Shown here one piece after another: positions 37,974 to 50,440 of a stretch of DNA of 64,000 nucleotides. Where the stretch lies: the NCBI GenBank assembly GCA_951406725.2, contig OX597818.1:44516001-44580000 (forward strand). Direction: 5' to 3'. A model generated the notes under the pieces. The model saw only the letters and a program-made list of their open reading frames with translations. It had not been told where the DNA came from and did no database searches. Source of the stretch: Octopus vulgaris (Eukaryota). Each line of letters opens with the position of its first letter. The stretch's first letter is position 1. Made by a program: the position numbers and the translations under genes.

Positions 37974-38393
37974 TGAGGGCAGTGAGCTCGCAGAATCGTT
38001 AGAATGCCGGATGAAATGCTTAGCGGTATTTCGTTTGCCGTTACGTTCTGAGTTCAAATTTCACCGAGGTCAACTTTGCCTTTCATCCTTTCAGGGTCGA
38101 TAAATTAAGTACCAGTTATGCACTGGGGGTCGATATAATTGACTTAATCCGTTTGTATGTCCTTGTTTGTCCCCTCTGTGTTTAGCCCCTTGTGGGTAGT
38201 AAAGAAATAGGTATTTTGTCTGCCATTACGTTTTGAGTTCAAATTCTGCCAAGGTAGACTTTGCCTTTCATCCTTTCAGGGTCGATTAAACAAGTACCAC
38301 TTACACACTGGGGTCGATGTAATCAACTTAATCCCTTTGTCTGTTCTTGTTTGTCCCCTCTATGTTTAGCCCCTTGTGGGCAATAAAGAAATA
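37974..38393 (+). mobile_element. Tandem dimer of SINE family B inside one TSD
   Basis: actattcatcttag at 37960-37973 and 38394-38407; internal junction gaaatag|gtattt. Confidence 0.9.
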
Positions 38394-38467
38394 ACTATTC
38401 ATCTTAGAAAGGGACTTGTTTTATCGAGCTGTATTAGCTCATTGGTGCAAGCATGTCAAAATGAATG

Positions 38468-39407
38468 TTAACCCTTTTTACCATACTTCTGTTGAAAAAC
38501 ACTAATTTAATTTCAATTAATGTTTAAAATAATGAATAATTTGGTTAAATAACTTTGTCATTATTAAGCTAATCATCATTATCATCATCATCGTTTAATG
38601 TTCGCTTTCCATGCTAGCATGGGTTGGATGATTTGACTGAGGTCTGGCAAACCAGATGGCTGCACCAGACTCCAATCTGATCTGGCAGAGTTTCTACAGC
38701 TGGATGCCCTTCCTAACACCAACCACTCCAAGAGTGTAGTGGGTACTTTTATGTGCCACTGGCACGAGGACCAGTCAGGCGGTACTGGCAACGGCCATGC
38801 TCAAATGGTACTTTTTATGTGCCACCTGCCCAGGATCCAGTCCAGTGGCACTGGCAACGACGTCGCTCGAATATTTTTTCACGTGCCACCAGCACAAGTG
38901 CCAGTAAGGCGATGCAGGTAATGATCACACTCAAATGGGGTTTTTTACATGCCACCGGCATGGAAACCAGTTAGCCGCTCTGGCAATGACCATGCTCATA
39001 TGGTACTCTTAGTGCTCCACTAGTACGGATGCCAGTCATCGAATTTGATTTCGATTTCGTTGGAACATAGATTTAAATGAAATTTTTATGGAAGATTTTG
39101 ATTTAGATCACTTTAACCCTTAAGCATTTAAACTGGCCCTATCCAGCCCAAATTTTCTCGCTGTTTTATGTTCAAACAGGCCAGATATGGTCTCTCACAC
39201 CTACCTTACAATGTCATTCTAAGTCTATACAATCACATCATCAATATCTCAGAGCTGTGAGATAATACAGGATTAATTCAAAACAATGTGGATAAATAAA
39301 CTTTACATTTGACGCAGTAATCTGAATGCTAAAAGGTTAAAACATGAATTTTATATCACAGAACCTGGGGGAGCGGACCTCAGACAGGTTGGGATCAAAG
39401 AGTTTGA
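38468..39407. mobile_element. piggyBac-like MITE containing a SINE C (38573-39058) and a second piggyBac-like MITE (39113-39340)
   Basis: Outer pieces rejoin into the reverse complement of 33484-33700. Inner element TTAAcccttaagcattta...tgaatgctaaaaggTTAA. Confidence 0.8.
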
Positions 39408-40089
39408 GTTAATTGCAGATTGGTAATTATAATGGTATATTCATAATTTCTTTTGAATAATTAATGATTTTACTTTGTTGTTTATAGGTACAATTTTCTC
39501 TAAAATCAAAAAAAAAAAAAAAAATGAACTTAACTGCTTCTGCAAATATCCAATCACTAGACTGAAATTCTAGATAATTGTTTCAGATGTTTTATAAGCT
39601 CTTTACTCAACATAAAAATATTGACTTGAATTGACAACAGATTAAATTTAGCTGGAGATGTTATATCTAACTATTTTTAAAAATATATACTTATTTATAT
39701 TCATAGAATTTTATATAGTTATATAGTTAGCATCTCTTGAGATATTTTATTTCGATTTTCATAATGTTAAACTTTCAAAAAATTTGTTCAATGTGGACAC
39801 TCCTCACCCATTCTTGATATATATATATATGATGATGATGATGATGATGATGTATATATATATATAATTAAAATCACAATAAGGGTGAAAAAAATTGATT
39901 TTAATTATAAATTAATATGTTCTCAAACTGGCAGTAAATTACTGGGGTAGTATTTACATCTGGTATTTTCAACACGCCAAAAATGAGAATATTTGAACGT
40001 AACTGCAATTATAATTGGCTGTGTCATTCGCCTTTGCTCGGCTTCGTATAGATTTTGGCGTTCAGTTCAGAAAATTATATTTTTGATAT

Positions 40090-40165
40090 ACTCTACTGAG
40101 GATTCGAAAATGATTATGTAAGTAAATTTACACAATCTATTAACGATGAAACAATTGTATAGAGT
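40090..40165 (+). ncRNA. Type-I hammerhead ribozyme motif, intact core, in a Penelope-like fragment (39866-40320)
   Basis: Stem I actcta/tagagt (6 bp), core CTGAGGA, stem II tcg..cga with a long insert, GAAA, palindromic stem III ACAATTGT, GUA triplet. Confidence 0.8.
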
Positions 40166-40349
40166 TAATCTATTTTTTCATTATTTTTCATTTGTCCTGC
40201 TCGCTTACATTCTTGGCGTGTTGAATTAATGCTTGAGAACAATTCTTTAGTAGTCGATTCCCTTTGCGGATCTATTCCTAGCGTTAGAGTGACTACATGT
40301 GGTCTCTCTCTTATTACTTATATATATATATATATATGCTGCTGAGCTG

Positions 40350-40690
40350 CTGAGACCCCCTTTGGTCATGACTGACCATGGGATTGCACTTAGAAAGTTA
40401 CCATCCCAGGCACAAGTCCAGGCAAGGTTGTTTATGGAAGACCAGCAGTCGCCCATGCATACTGGCCTGCCCTCTCCACACCACTAATGTTATCCAAGGG
40501 AAAGGCAAAGGGGCTGATACAGCTTGGCACCTGTGATGTCACAACTCATTTCTACAGCTGAGTGAACTGGAGCAACGTGAAACAAATTGTCTTGCTCAAG
40601 AACACAACACATATACCAGTCTGGGAATCAAAACTCACTACCTCATGTCTGTGAGCCTGACGCTCTAACCATTGAGCCATGTGCCTTCAC
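40350..40690 (-). mobile_element. CORE-type SINE (family E), full length
   Basis: tRNA head, CORE-like tgttcttgagcaagaca...cactcagctgtagaaatgag, 3' end gggggtctc; matches 51198-51531. Confidence 0.85.
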
Positions 40691-41466
40691 TCAGAGTATA
40701 ATAATAATGTTCACAAACATACACATATAAAAGTCTACATATGTGTGTGTGTGTATGTGTGTGTATGACTAAGAGATATGGCTGCATTTAAAGTGGACAT
40801 ATCTACTTAGAAAATAAAAATATGTTCTAGCGTTTATTGTAATCTGTAGTAATAAATAAATTCATTATAATGTGCATATATAAATCAGATCCTGTAATGG
40901 TTTCCTTTAGATTACTGTATCAGATGGCAATAGTTTTGAATAGTAACTAGATTTGGTTTTTAAATTTTATATATATAATAAATTTGGAATTTAATTGTTA
41001 TGGTAAAGTGAAATCTACTAACATTATATTTAATAAATGGCTGGTTTGTAAACTATGTTTTATTATAATATCAATACATATATGTGTACATGTATGTATG
41101 TATGTATGTATGTATGTATGTATGTATGTATTATGATTATTGTCTATCTATGTACATCATCATCAAGATGATCAACCTACCTACACACACACACACATGT
41201 ATATATGTATGATGTGCATGTGCGTGAAGTATATATGTTATGCATTATTATCAACCTATATACATTTATATATAAAATATATACATTATTTATTATCAGT
41301 TATCAACATATATGTATATATGTATGTATGTATGTATGTGCTATTTTGCACCCTTTATTTATCAATTCTTTTTTGGTTTTTAATTGCTAGCAAGCCACTC
41401 ATACTATAACATGTTTAATATATCTTAATATATTAATATATCATTGTAATATCATCTTGTATTGAT

Positions 41467-41510
<44 letters not shown>

Positions 41511-41582
41511 TATATAAACAATTATACATAATTATAAATATATATATATATATATATAGATATATAAACAATTATACATAAT

Positions 41583-41641
<59 letters not shown>

Positions 41642-41671
41642 ATATTGTCATCATCATCATCGTTTAGGCAT

Positions 41672-41858
<187 letters not shown>

Positions 41859-41913
41859 AGTGAATTGAAGAAATGGAGTTGAACGAAGATTGAACAGAAA
41901 TCGTTTTATTGCA

Positions 41914-41993
41914 TTCTACACGTGTTTCGAAAGGCACAATTTACCAAATTCCGATTGAATAAGGAGACCATATTGTGTATTTCTCTTCAGGAA
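41914..41993 (-). ncRNA. Minimal type-I hammerhead ribozyme motif in a Penelope-like fragment (41855-42128)
   Basis: Minus strand ttc-CTGAAGA-gaaatacacaat...attgtgcctttc-GAAAC-ACGT-GTA-gaa; palindromic stem III ACACGTGT. Confidence 0.8.
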
Positions 41994-42136
41994 GAAATAG
42001 GAAATCCGTTGGAAAAAACAAAAACAGAACAGAGGCGGAGCAAAACAAATCGAACGAGGCTCCTAAGAGCCCATGTTGCAGATTGATTAATCTGCAACAA
42101 GATTATTCATCTTTCTATTTCACAAAATATATATAT

Positions 42137-42373
42137 TTTTTTGTACTTTTTTTTTTTTTTTTGTACTTGTTTCAGTCATTTGACTGCGGCCATGCTGGAG
42201 CACCGCCTTTAGAGTGGTGAAAGAGTACAGCAGGGATCACCACCTCCTGCCGGAGCCTTGTGGAGCTTTTAGGTGTTTTCGCTCAATAAACACACACAAC
42301 GCCCGGTCTGGGAATCGAAACCGCGATCCTCCGACCGAAAGTCCGCTGCCCTAACCACTAGGCCATTGCGCCT
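42137..42373 (-). mobile_element. Chimeric SINE: family D head plus family A tail plus A-rich tail
   Basis: Minus strand aggcgcaatggcctagtgg...ctttcaccactct|aaaggcggtgctccagcatggccgcagtcaaatgactgaaacaagtac(A)n. Confidence 0.8.
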
Positions 42374-42445
42374 ATATATATATATATATATATACATATA
42401 TATACACACACACACACATATTGTCATCATCATCATCGTTTAGGC

Positions 42446-42490
<45 letters not shown>

Positions 42491-42516
42491 ATATATATAT
42501 ATATAAATATATATAT

Positions 42517-42752
42517 GAAGTTCAGTGACCTAGTACATCTGCTGGGAATGAAAGAGTTTTCCCTAAGAAGGAAGAACAGATTGTATAATGCATTTATGCA
42601 CAGAGCAATACTGCACAACAGTGAGAAGGAGACCTTGAATACAAAGGATTTGTAAATAGAAGAAAGAAATAAAGCAGGTATGTTTCATTGGGTGTGCAAT
42701 GTTTAGTGTACATCAATGATTGAGTATGAATAAGCTGAGAGAAAAAAGCATG
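42517..42752 (+). mobile_element. RTE LINE C-terminal relic
   Basis: KFSDLVHLLGMKEFSLRRKNRLYNAFMHRAILHNSE..ERNKAGMFHWVCNV. Confidence 0.75.
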
Positions 42753-43039
42753 GGTGCTTCTGTCACCCATCCCTTTTCCATTCATTTCTTGACTGCTCTC
42801 ATCTTTATGGCCTCATCCCTCTATCACTTTCATTGTACCAAGTTGTAAATGAAACTAATTAAAGCTATGGAACTGTCCTTCTATTGTACCATACACCCAG
42901 TGTGAAAGTACAGCGGTTATAGCACATGATTAAATGAATAAATAAGAACAGTTATCCAGTACAATTTGTATGGAAAAGCATATGGATATGAAAATAAACA
43001 GATCAACATACAGACGGATAGGAACATGGGTTATGAGAA

Positions 43040-43395
43040 CAGACAAGCACACATACACAAATGGAGATGGAAACACATGACCATATATACACACACACTT
43101 TACTCCACACAAGGACACGTATGGAAACACGGGTCCACACATATAGAGATGCACATCCATCCATACATACAAATATGGTACATATTTGCAAAACACACAC
43201 ACACACACAGACATGCACACACAAAGAGACAGAGGTACATACATATACAAACACATGCTCACACACACAAACATAGAAAATACACAAACACGGAAATGCA
43301 AAGACAAGAATATGCAGAATACATACATACAGATGCACACACATACATATATACACACACACATATATACACACATATATACATACACATACATG
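43040..43395. repeat. Degenerate (CA/TA)-rich low-complexity tract
   Basis: Explains the overlapping 120-160 aa H/T- and V/C-rich ORFs. Confidence 0.85.
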
Positions 43396-44905
43396 ACTCT
43401 CCCCAGACACAACAGAAAATCAACTTATCTCACTATCTTCCCAAATAAATTGTCAAATGGCATGAAGTTGATATTTCAGTATTACGAAAGCTTAGAAGAC
43501 AACAACGAAGAAATACATTATGAGTTTAGATACTCTCAGGTTTTTTTACATATACCTTAACATCAAGTCAGTTTTTCAGCCATTTATTCTTCTTCATAGG
43601 TAGCTTTCATTGAATAAAAGTTCTTAAACAGGCATTCCACCTGAAGGTGCATTGTTGTTAAACAATATCTTCTCAATTATCATAGCAAATAACTGTTATG
43701 AGATTACATGCTGTTATGATGTAAATGCATTCATTTGTCTTAGGCTTTGCCCTTCTCTCATTACCATGGCATTCTAGCTGTAAATTCCTTTCCTTCCTTC
43801 TTCAATTTCTTCTAGGGCATGCTCCTAACTGATTCAGTGAATATTTATAATAGATATTTTAAATTATTATGAAGTATAGAAATAGAATCAAATGATTAAA
43901 TGAATAAGAAAAGTCATTTAGTACAATAAAAGCAAACCATCTTGCCATCATCTAAATAAATTAGAAGACACACATACATACACACAATGTTACATACATA
44001 CCAATCTGTATAGATAGGTACTTAAATACATTCCTGGTATACTAAGTAGGACAATCTGCCTAAATGCTGCAATAAAATTTTGCTGTACTGTTATAATGAT
44101 TTGAATTTAGTTTCCTGATAATTAGGGACTACAAGCATCTGCTCTGAGATGCATAAGATTCTTACCAATTCTGAAGAGATAGCACACACTTGAAACCTAT
44201 CTGCATCTAAACACAGTGGATCATATTTACAGACGTCTATGTGTACTGAAGTAGATCAAACCAAAGATATTCCTAGTATTATAGCAAAATATGATAATTT
44301 GTTTATATTTTCCCACAAGTTCATTAGCTTTAAAAGAACCTAATTTCTCATAACGAAGGAAATAATTATTTGAAGCATACCTTCACTGTCTAAATTTGCT
44401 TAAGTTGGTAACAAATTGATTTTTTCCACCTTTATATCATTATATTTTAACCTACATGTTTCATATTTGTTTTTCAATGTATTATTTTGTGCATTAGCAT
44501 TTTAGGGGTTCATTAGCGCCTTAAAAAGTACAAACTGATTCTTTTAAAACTTACATAAGCAAATGAAAATTAATAATGTAAAACCTATGCAATGAAAACG
44601 AAAAAAATTTTCCCTATATCTAACAAACACACACACACAAATAAAAAAAAACATTAACAATGTTATTTGAAGAAAGTAATATTCTACATGAATCTGAGAG
44701 CAGTAAGATTCACATAAAAAAAGGAAAAGATAAGATGATAGCTGCGTAATTTTGCAACCAGAGAAAATATTTTATAGTCACTTTTTACAGTGCATAAAGG
44801 AGTATTTCTTTGGGTTTACAATATGGTGTGAAACTGAAGATGTGTGCTACAAGAAAAACAGTGAGTAAAACAACCTAAAACATTGCTACTATCAGGTTTG
44901 AAGAG

Positions 44906-45369
44906 TTATTCTTTTCCACTCTAGGCACAAGGCCTGGAATTTTGGGGGAGGGAGGACAGTTGATTAGATTGACTCCAGTACGCAACTGGTACTTAATTTA
45001 TTGACTCTGAAAGGATGAAAGACAAAGTTGACCTCGGCGGAATTTGAACTCAGAACGTAAAGACAGACGAAATACTGCTAAGCATTTTGCACGGCAAGCT
45101 AATGTTTCTTAATTCTTTACTGCCCACAAGGGGCTAAACACAGAAGGAACAAACAAGGACAGACAAACAGATTAAGTCGATTATATCGACCTCAATGCCT
45201 AACTGGTACTTATTTAATCGACCCCAAAAGGATGAAAGGCAAAGTCGACCTCGGCGGAATTTGAACTCAGAACGTAGCGGCAGACGAAATACCACTAAGC
45301 ATTTCACCCGACATGCTCATGTTTCTGCCAGCTTGCCACATGCTAATACTTCTGCCAGCTTGCCACCTT
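44906..45369 (-). mobile_element. SINE B inserted into the head of another SINE B
   Basis: Outer TSD ggtttgaagag (44895-44905 / 45370-45380); inner imperfect duplication gctaatgtttct / gctaatacttct. Confidence 0.8.
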
Positions 45370-45439
45370 GGTTTGAAGAGATATTAACATAAAACAGTAT
45401 AAATTTGACTTTCTAGCCACTGGGTTATTGTTACATGTA

Positions 45440-45960
45440 AAGGAACATGGCTTAGTGGTTAGCTTACTTTGCTCACAATTGTAAGGTTGTGAGTTCAATT
45501 CCTAGAGACGGATTGTGTCCTTAAGCATGACATTTTATTTCATGTTGTCCCAGTCCATATAGGTGGCAAGAATGAGGGTCACATTCAGTGTATCACACAG
45601 AATATTCCTGAAGACTATGTTATGGGTATATGTCACTTGTGAATTAATTTCATGAACGAGATATTCTTATTCCTTTATTGCCCACAAGAGGCTAAACATA
45701 GAGGGGACAAACATGGACAGACAAAGAGATTAAGTCAATTGCATCAACCCCAGTGCATAACTGGTACTTAATTTATTGACCCCCGAAAGGATGAAAGGCA
45801 AAGTTGACCTCAGCGGAATTTGAATTCAGAACGTAACAGCAGATGAAATACAGCTAAGCATTTCACCTGGTGTGCTAACGGTTCTGCTAGCTTGCCGAGA
45901 TAGTCTTTTGATCAAATCAAATGGGACACATGTCACTGTAACTGACAGAATGCCCAGCCT
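45440..45960 (+). mobile_element. Old family E SINE interrupted by SINE B (45669-45897, minus)
   Basis: tggcttagtgg A box and gagttcaattcc B box; TSD gagata(t/g)tctt around the B copy. Confidence 0.7.
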
Positions 45961-46401
45961 ATTGTTACACAGAATATTAATTAAATTGCTACGTTTGAGA
46001 CAGTGCTTCTCAACAAATGGCTTCATTATAGGTGAAATAGATATTTATATACCTAGCCGTGTGTATGTGGAAACATATTAATCTAATGTCTGTTATACAT
46101 TATACTGTACATGTTTACTTAAGCATATATAAGTCAATATAAGTGCTTCGTGTAAATGCGTAGAAGAGTTTTTGATGTTCAGCTTTATTTGAAGTTCAAT
46201 TTTATTGAGAAAAATGTTTTAGACAAAAATTTCATCATTTACCTGCTGTTCAAACAACCTTAGGTTTTCCATGGTTGTTTAAATGTCACTATATTATTTT
46301 ACAATTATATCATCATCATCAACCCGCTACCCAAACATCAGTGTCATCATCATCATCATCATCATCATCATAACCATCATCATTGTCCTTTGTTGTTATT
46401 A

Positions 46402-46890
46402 CTGAGAGAGAGAGCAATGCTTGCCATCAAAGTGATACTGGGGTACAAATATATGAAGCTGTATGATAAGGGTACAAATAACCAAAGCCATCAGATAAAG
46501 GTACACCAGGCACATGAATCATAACTATATGTGAGTTACATGGTGATCTCATATCAAGATAACCAGCGCATGACCTTGCAGGTGGGGTCCAGTTAGAATT
46601 TTCTTCAGATTGAATAAACCATCCTGCTGAAAAGATCCCTGAATAAGGTTTGTTTAAGGATGATGAATGAAAAACCCAAGTTTCCAGGGTGAACTATTCA
46701 AACCCCAAAGAATTCCTCTCAACACATGGCTATGATGCTCCTCCACTACTCCTGCTTGTGATCAGAGATGCACATATTGTCAGCCAATAAAGGACATACA
46801 TAACTAGTTAAGATCAAGCAACTGACAAGTAAATCTGTGGTATTGAGCAGAATATTTGATGTAGTCCACCTTTTACACCAAGACAAAACA
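46402..46890. other. Unclassified island of about 490 bp, probably an interspersed repeat
   Basis: Higher-complexity block with sharp edges, flanked by tgttgttatta at 46391 and 46897. Single copy in this window. Confidence 0.4.
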
Positions 46891-47279
46891 TGTTGTTGTT
46901 GTTATTATTATTATTATTATTATGTAGGGTAGTGCACATCAATATATAGAAACATTAATTTATAGTAACACTTTAGTAGTTTGTTTATAAATTTTATGTT
47001 TCAATTATTGGAAGAAAAACGGAAAGTGCCCCAGAGAACAGGGAAATACAAAGATAATGTAAATAATGAGATACAGATAGATAAAAGTGATCGTATAAGT
47101 GCAAACATGCTTCTCTATAGTAATGCATCTGTGGCTGTCTTTCTATCATATTTTAGCCTCCAATACTCAGTATGAAGCCCCCTCCTCCTTTCACAGGTAC
47201 ATTCCTACTTAGTCAAGGGGGTGCTTTTTCTTTCCCTTTTTGTTGTCTCACAAAATTACTGGGTAAACTCCCTACTGCA

Positions 47280-48001
47280 AGGGTCATGTAAAATGTATCA
47301 AGTACTCATTGTAAAGGGGTTGGCATTAGGAGGGGCATCCAACAGTAAAAAATGCACAGTGAAGCTGACATTAGAGCCTGGTGCACATTTTCTGACCTGT
47401 TGGGTCCTGTCAAGCCATCTAACCCATGCCAACATAGAAAATGGACATTAAATGATGATAAGATGATGATATGCATACATCCCGTTGAAACCATTAAACC
47501 ATTGACTATATTGTAATCATTTCTACTAAAGGCACAAGGCTTGGAATTTGTAGAGGAGCGGATAGTTGATTATATCGACCCCAATACTTGACTGGTACTT
47601 AATTTATCAACCCTGAAAGGAGGAAAGGCAAAGTTGACCTCAGTGGTACTTGAATTCAGAACGTAGCGGCAGACAAAATACTACTAAGCATTTTGCCCAA
47701 TGTGCTAATGGTTCTGCCAGCTTGCCGTCTTTGACTACGTTGTTATGATGGTGACACTGTTGCTGTTGTTTCACAGGTTTGATTAAATTGATCATATTCA
47801 CTTGTATCCAATTATCTTTCTCTCTCTCCCTATATATATATTACAGAGTTCTTTCAGTTTCCATCTACCAAATCCACTCACAAGGCTTTGGTTGGCCTGA
47901 GACTATAGTAGAAGACACTTGCCCAAGGTGCTATGCAGTGGGACTGAACCTAGAACCATGTGGTTGGGAAGCAAGCCTCTTACCACACAGTCATGTCTGC
48001 A

Positions 48002-48004
<3 letters not shown>
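47280..48004. mobile_element. SINE cluster: old C (47280-47470 +), B (47520-47731 -), A head (47848-48004 -)
   Basis: Matches to the family consensuses above. Confidence 0.8.
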
Positions 48005-48046
<42 letters not shown>

Positions 48047-48054
<8 letters not shown>

Positions 48055-48470
48055 GAAAGAATGGAGTTGAACGACGATTTAACAAAATTCCTTTATTCTC
48101 GACATATGTTTCGAAGGCTGCATATTCCTAATTTCGAAGGAATAAGGGGTGCATTATGCCACCTTCTCATCAGGAAAAACAAGGAACTTTTTCTTGATGA
48201 GAAGGCGGCATAATGCACCCTTTATTCCTTTGAAATTAGGAATATGCAGCCTTCGAAACATATGTCGAGAATAAAGGAATTTTGTTAAATCGTCGTTCAA
48301 CTCCATTCTTTCATTTATTTGTATTTAAAAAATCACACAAATTTCCACACGAAAGCACGTGATCTCTGCCCTTGGCATGTAGCTTCAACCGTGTTTTTCT
48401 GATGTGAATTTGCTCCCCAGGTATCGGTTAACCGAATTATCAATACTAAGATAATTCATTCAACTACTTA
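48047..48470. mobile_element. Penelope-like foldback terminus with a hammerhead on each arm, in (TA)n
   Basis: Arms 48047-48179 and 48188-48320. Minus arm tttc-CTGATGA-gaagg..ccttc-GAAAC-ATAT-GTC-gaga; plus arm has TTGATGA. About 150 bp of unpaired tail ends in actta. Confidence 0.88.
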
Positions 48471-49034
48471 TATATATATATATATATGCATGTGTATGCA
48501 TGTATATGTATGCATGTGTATGCACGTATATTCATGTGTGTGTGTGTGTGCATATATATGTATATATATATATATACATATGTACATATATATATATGTA
48601 TATATATATATGAAATATACAAGAGAAAGAAAATGAAATGCATGTTATTCTTTATTATTAGTCACTTAGATCATTTTGACCTATTGTGCACTGGTGCCTC
48701 ATGGGTGAGATGCCATACAAACAGTTGGTTTGCTTCAAAGGTACAGATGTGTTTCATCAGGTGACTTGTCAAAAGGTAACTTATGTTTTAATTTCCGTTT
48801 TGCTTATTTCTATTAGAGTACATTTAGCTAGTTGTAGTGTGTTACTTGTCTTCATGAGATAGATTTTCTTTGTTTCATATATTTCATAAATTCTATGGAC
48901 ATGAAGAAATTTCTGAAGTAAATTCAGTGACATATACATCCATACTGTTGATGATATCAGGTAACCAAATACTGTGAACAGGCTTTAAACAGCATACTAC
49001 AAGGTGTATATCCTAATATAAATTTATACATAAA

Positions 49035-49430
49035 CTAGCAGTATAGCCCGGCATTGCTTGGGTTTATTTTGACCCTTTAGAATTGGAATTTTTGAAAAGT
49101 AAAAATTTTGCATTATTTAGCTTGTTATTCTCTTTAAGTGAACATTTTTCTAGTTGAAATACACCAAAAAATGGCGACACAGCAGTGACAAAAAAATCGT
49201 AAAAAGTAGGGATTTTCATAGAAAAAAAAGTACCTTTTTTATGTAAATAATTTTTGGTCTTAACATGGTCCGATTTGAATTTTTTCTTCTATGGAATGAA
49301 GAGCAAGCCTTCAATCATACTCTCAATTTTGGTCAACTTGTGCCACAGGGTCTTGGAGGAGATAGTGTTAGTTTGAAGGCTACCAAACCTGCCACACACA
49401 CACAGACAACTTCAGCTTTATATATATAGA
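49035..49430 (-). mobile_element. Non-autonomous Helitron
   Basis: Minus strand begins TC (tctatatatataaagctg), ends with hairpin cccaagcaatgccggg then CTAG, and sits between A and T with no TSD. Confidence 0.85.
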
Positions 49431-50204
49431 TACACACACACACACACACATATGGAGTTACAGATAATCTAAAAAAATAGCTACAACAACTGGGAAAAGA
49501 CTCGTTAAAATTTTATGCTTTTCCAAAATATCAACTTACAGAAGTTTGAGATGAAAATGGATTTTCCAGAATATATTTTTCCCTAACTGAATGTTATACA
49601 GTAGAGCATCTACAGAGCATATAGCAAAAGAAAAAAAATGTATTGGCTTACCCAACCAGAGAATATGTGCATTTTCAAGTGCAAAAAAGATAATATAGAA
49701 GCGAGAACAATTTCACCCAGGAGATAATGCTATACAATATGTTTCACAAAAAGGTGGCATAAAAGTGTGTCCCTTGATCAAAGTAATGTTTTAAGTATTA
49801 CTTTAATAAGATTTATGTTCTAATACAATGAATATGTGTTGTGTGTCTATATGTGAGGATATGTATGTGTGTGTGTGTGTCTTCCTGTCTTTGAGTTATG
49901 TGTTAACTCTAAATAGTGTCGCCATCAAATAACCAGTGATCCATACAAACATGAAATATAGACATTAAAATGATACTGTTGTTCATTATGTGTACATAAT
50001 AATCATGAAAACACACACACACACACATAACATACATAATCTTCATTTTAATGCCTGCTGTTCTATGCCTGCATGGGTCAGACCAAATTAATCGAAGCAA
50101 ATTTACTGCAGCCGAATGCTCTTTCAGTCACTAACCCTCACCTGTTTCCAAGCAAGGTAATATTTTCCCTGAGTCTGGATGTATTTTCATGAAAGATTTC
50201 AAAT

Positions 50205-50440
50205 GGTATCTTTCCCTTGTATTCCTCTTTCATCTCTTCTCTGTGTCCTGAAATTAACCTTTAAGACTTCCTCTCCCATTTAATTCTTCTAATGAATCTC
50301 TTGGCAGTTCTTCCCCCATCTGTCATCATCTATTTGCATCCTTTTACATCTTCAGCATCCAATGCCCGTGGCCCACTGCCATACAGTAGCGCAGTTCTTA
50401 CACATGCATCTTACAAACTACTCTTCACATTGAGAAAGAG
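50205..50440 (-). mobile_element. RTE LINE C-terminal relic
   Basis: LNVKSSL*DACVRTALLYGSG..ALDAED. Confidence 0.65.

Noticed and set aside
42930-43560. Longest non-TE ORFs (124-160 aa, both strands)
   Set aside because: Translations of CA/TG low-complexity sequence, which is naturally poor in stop codons.
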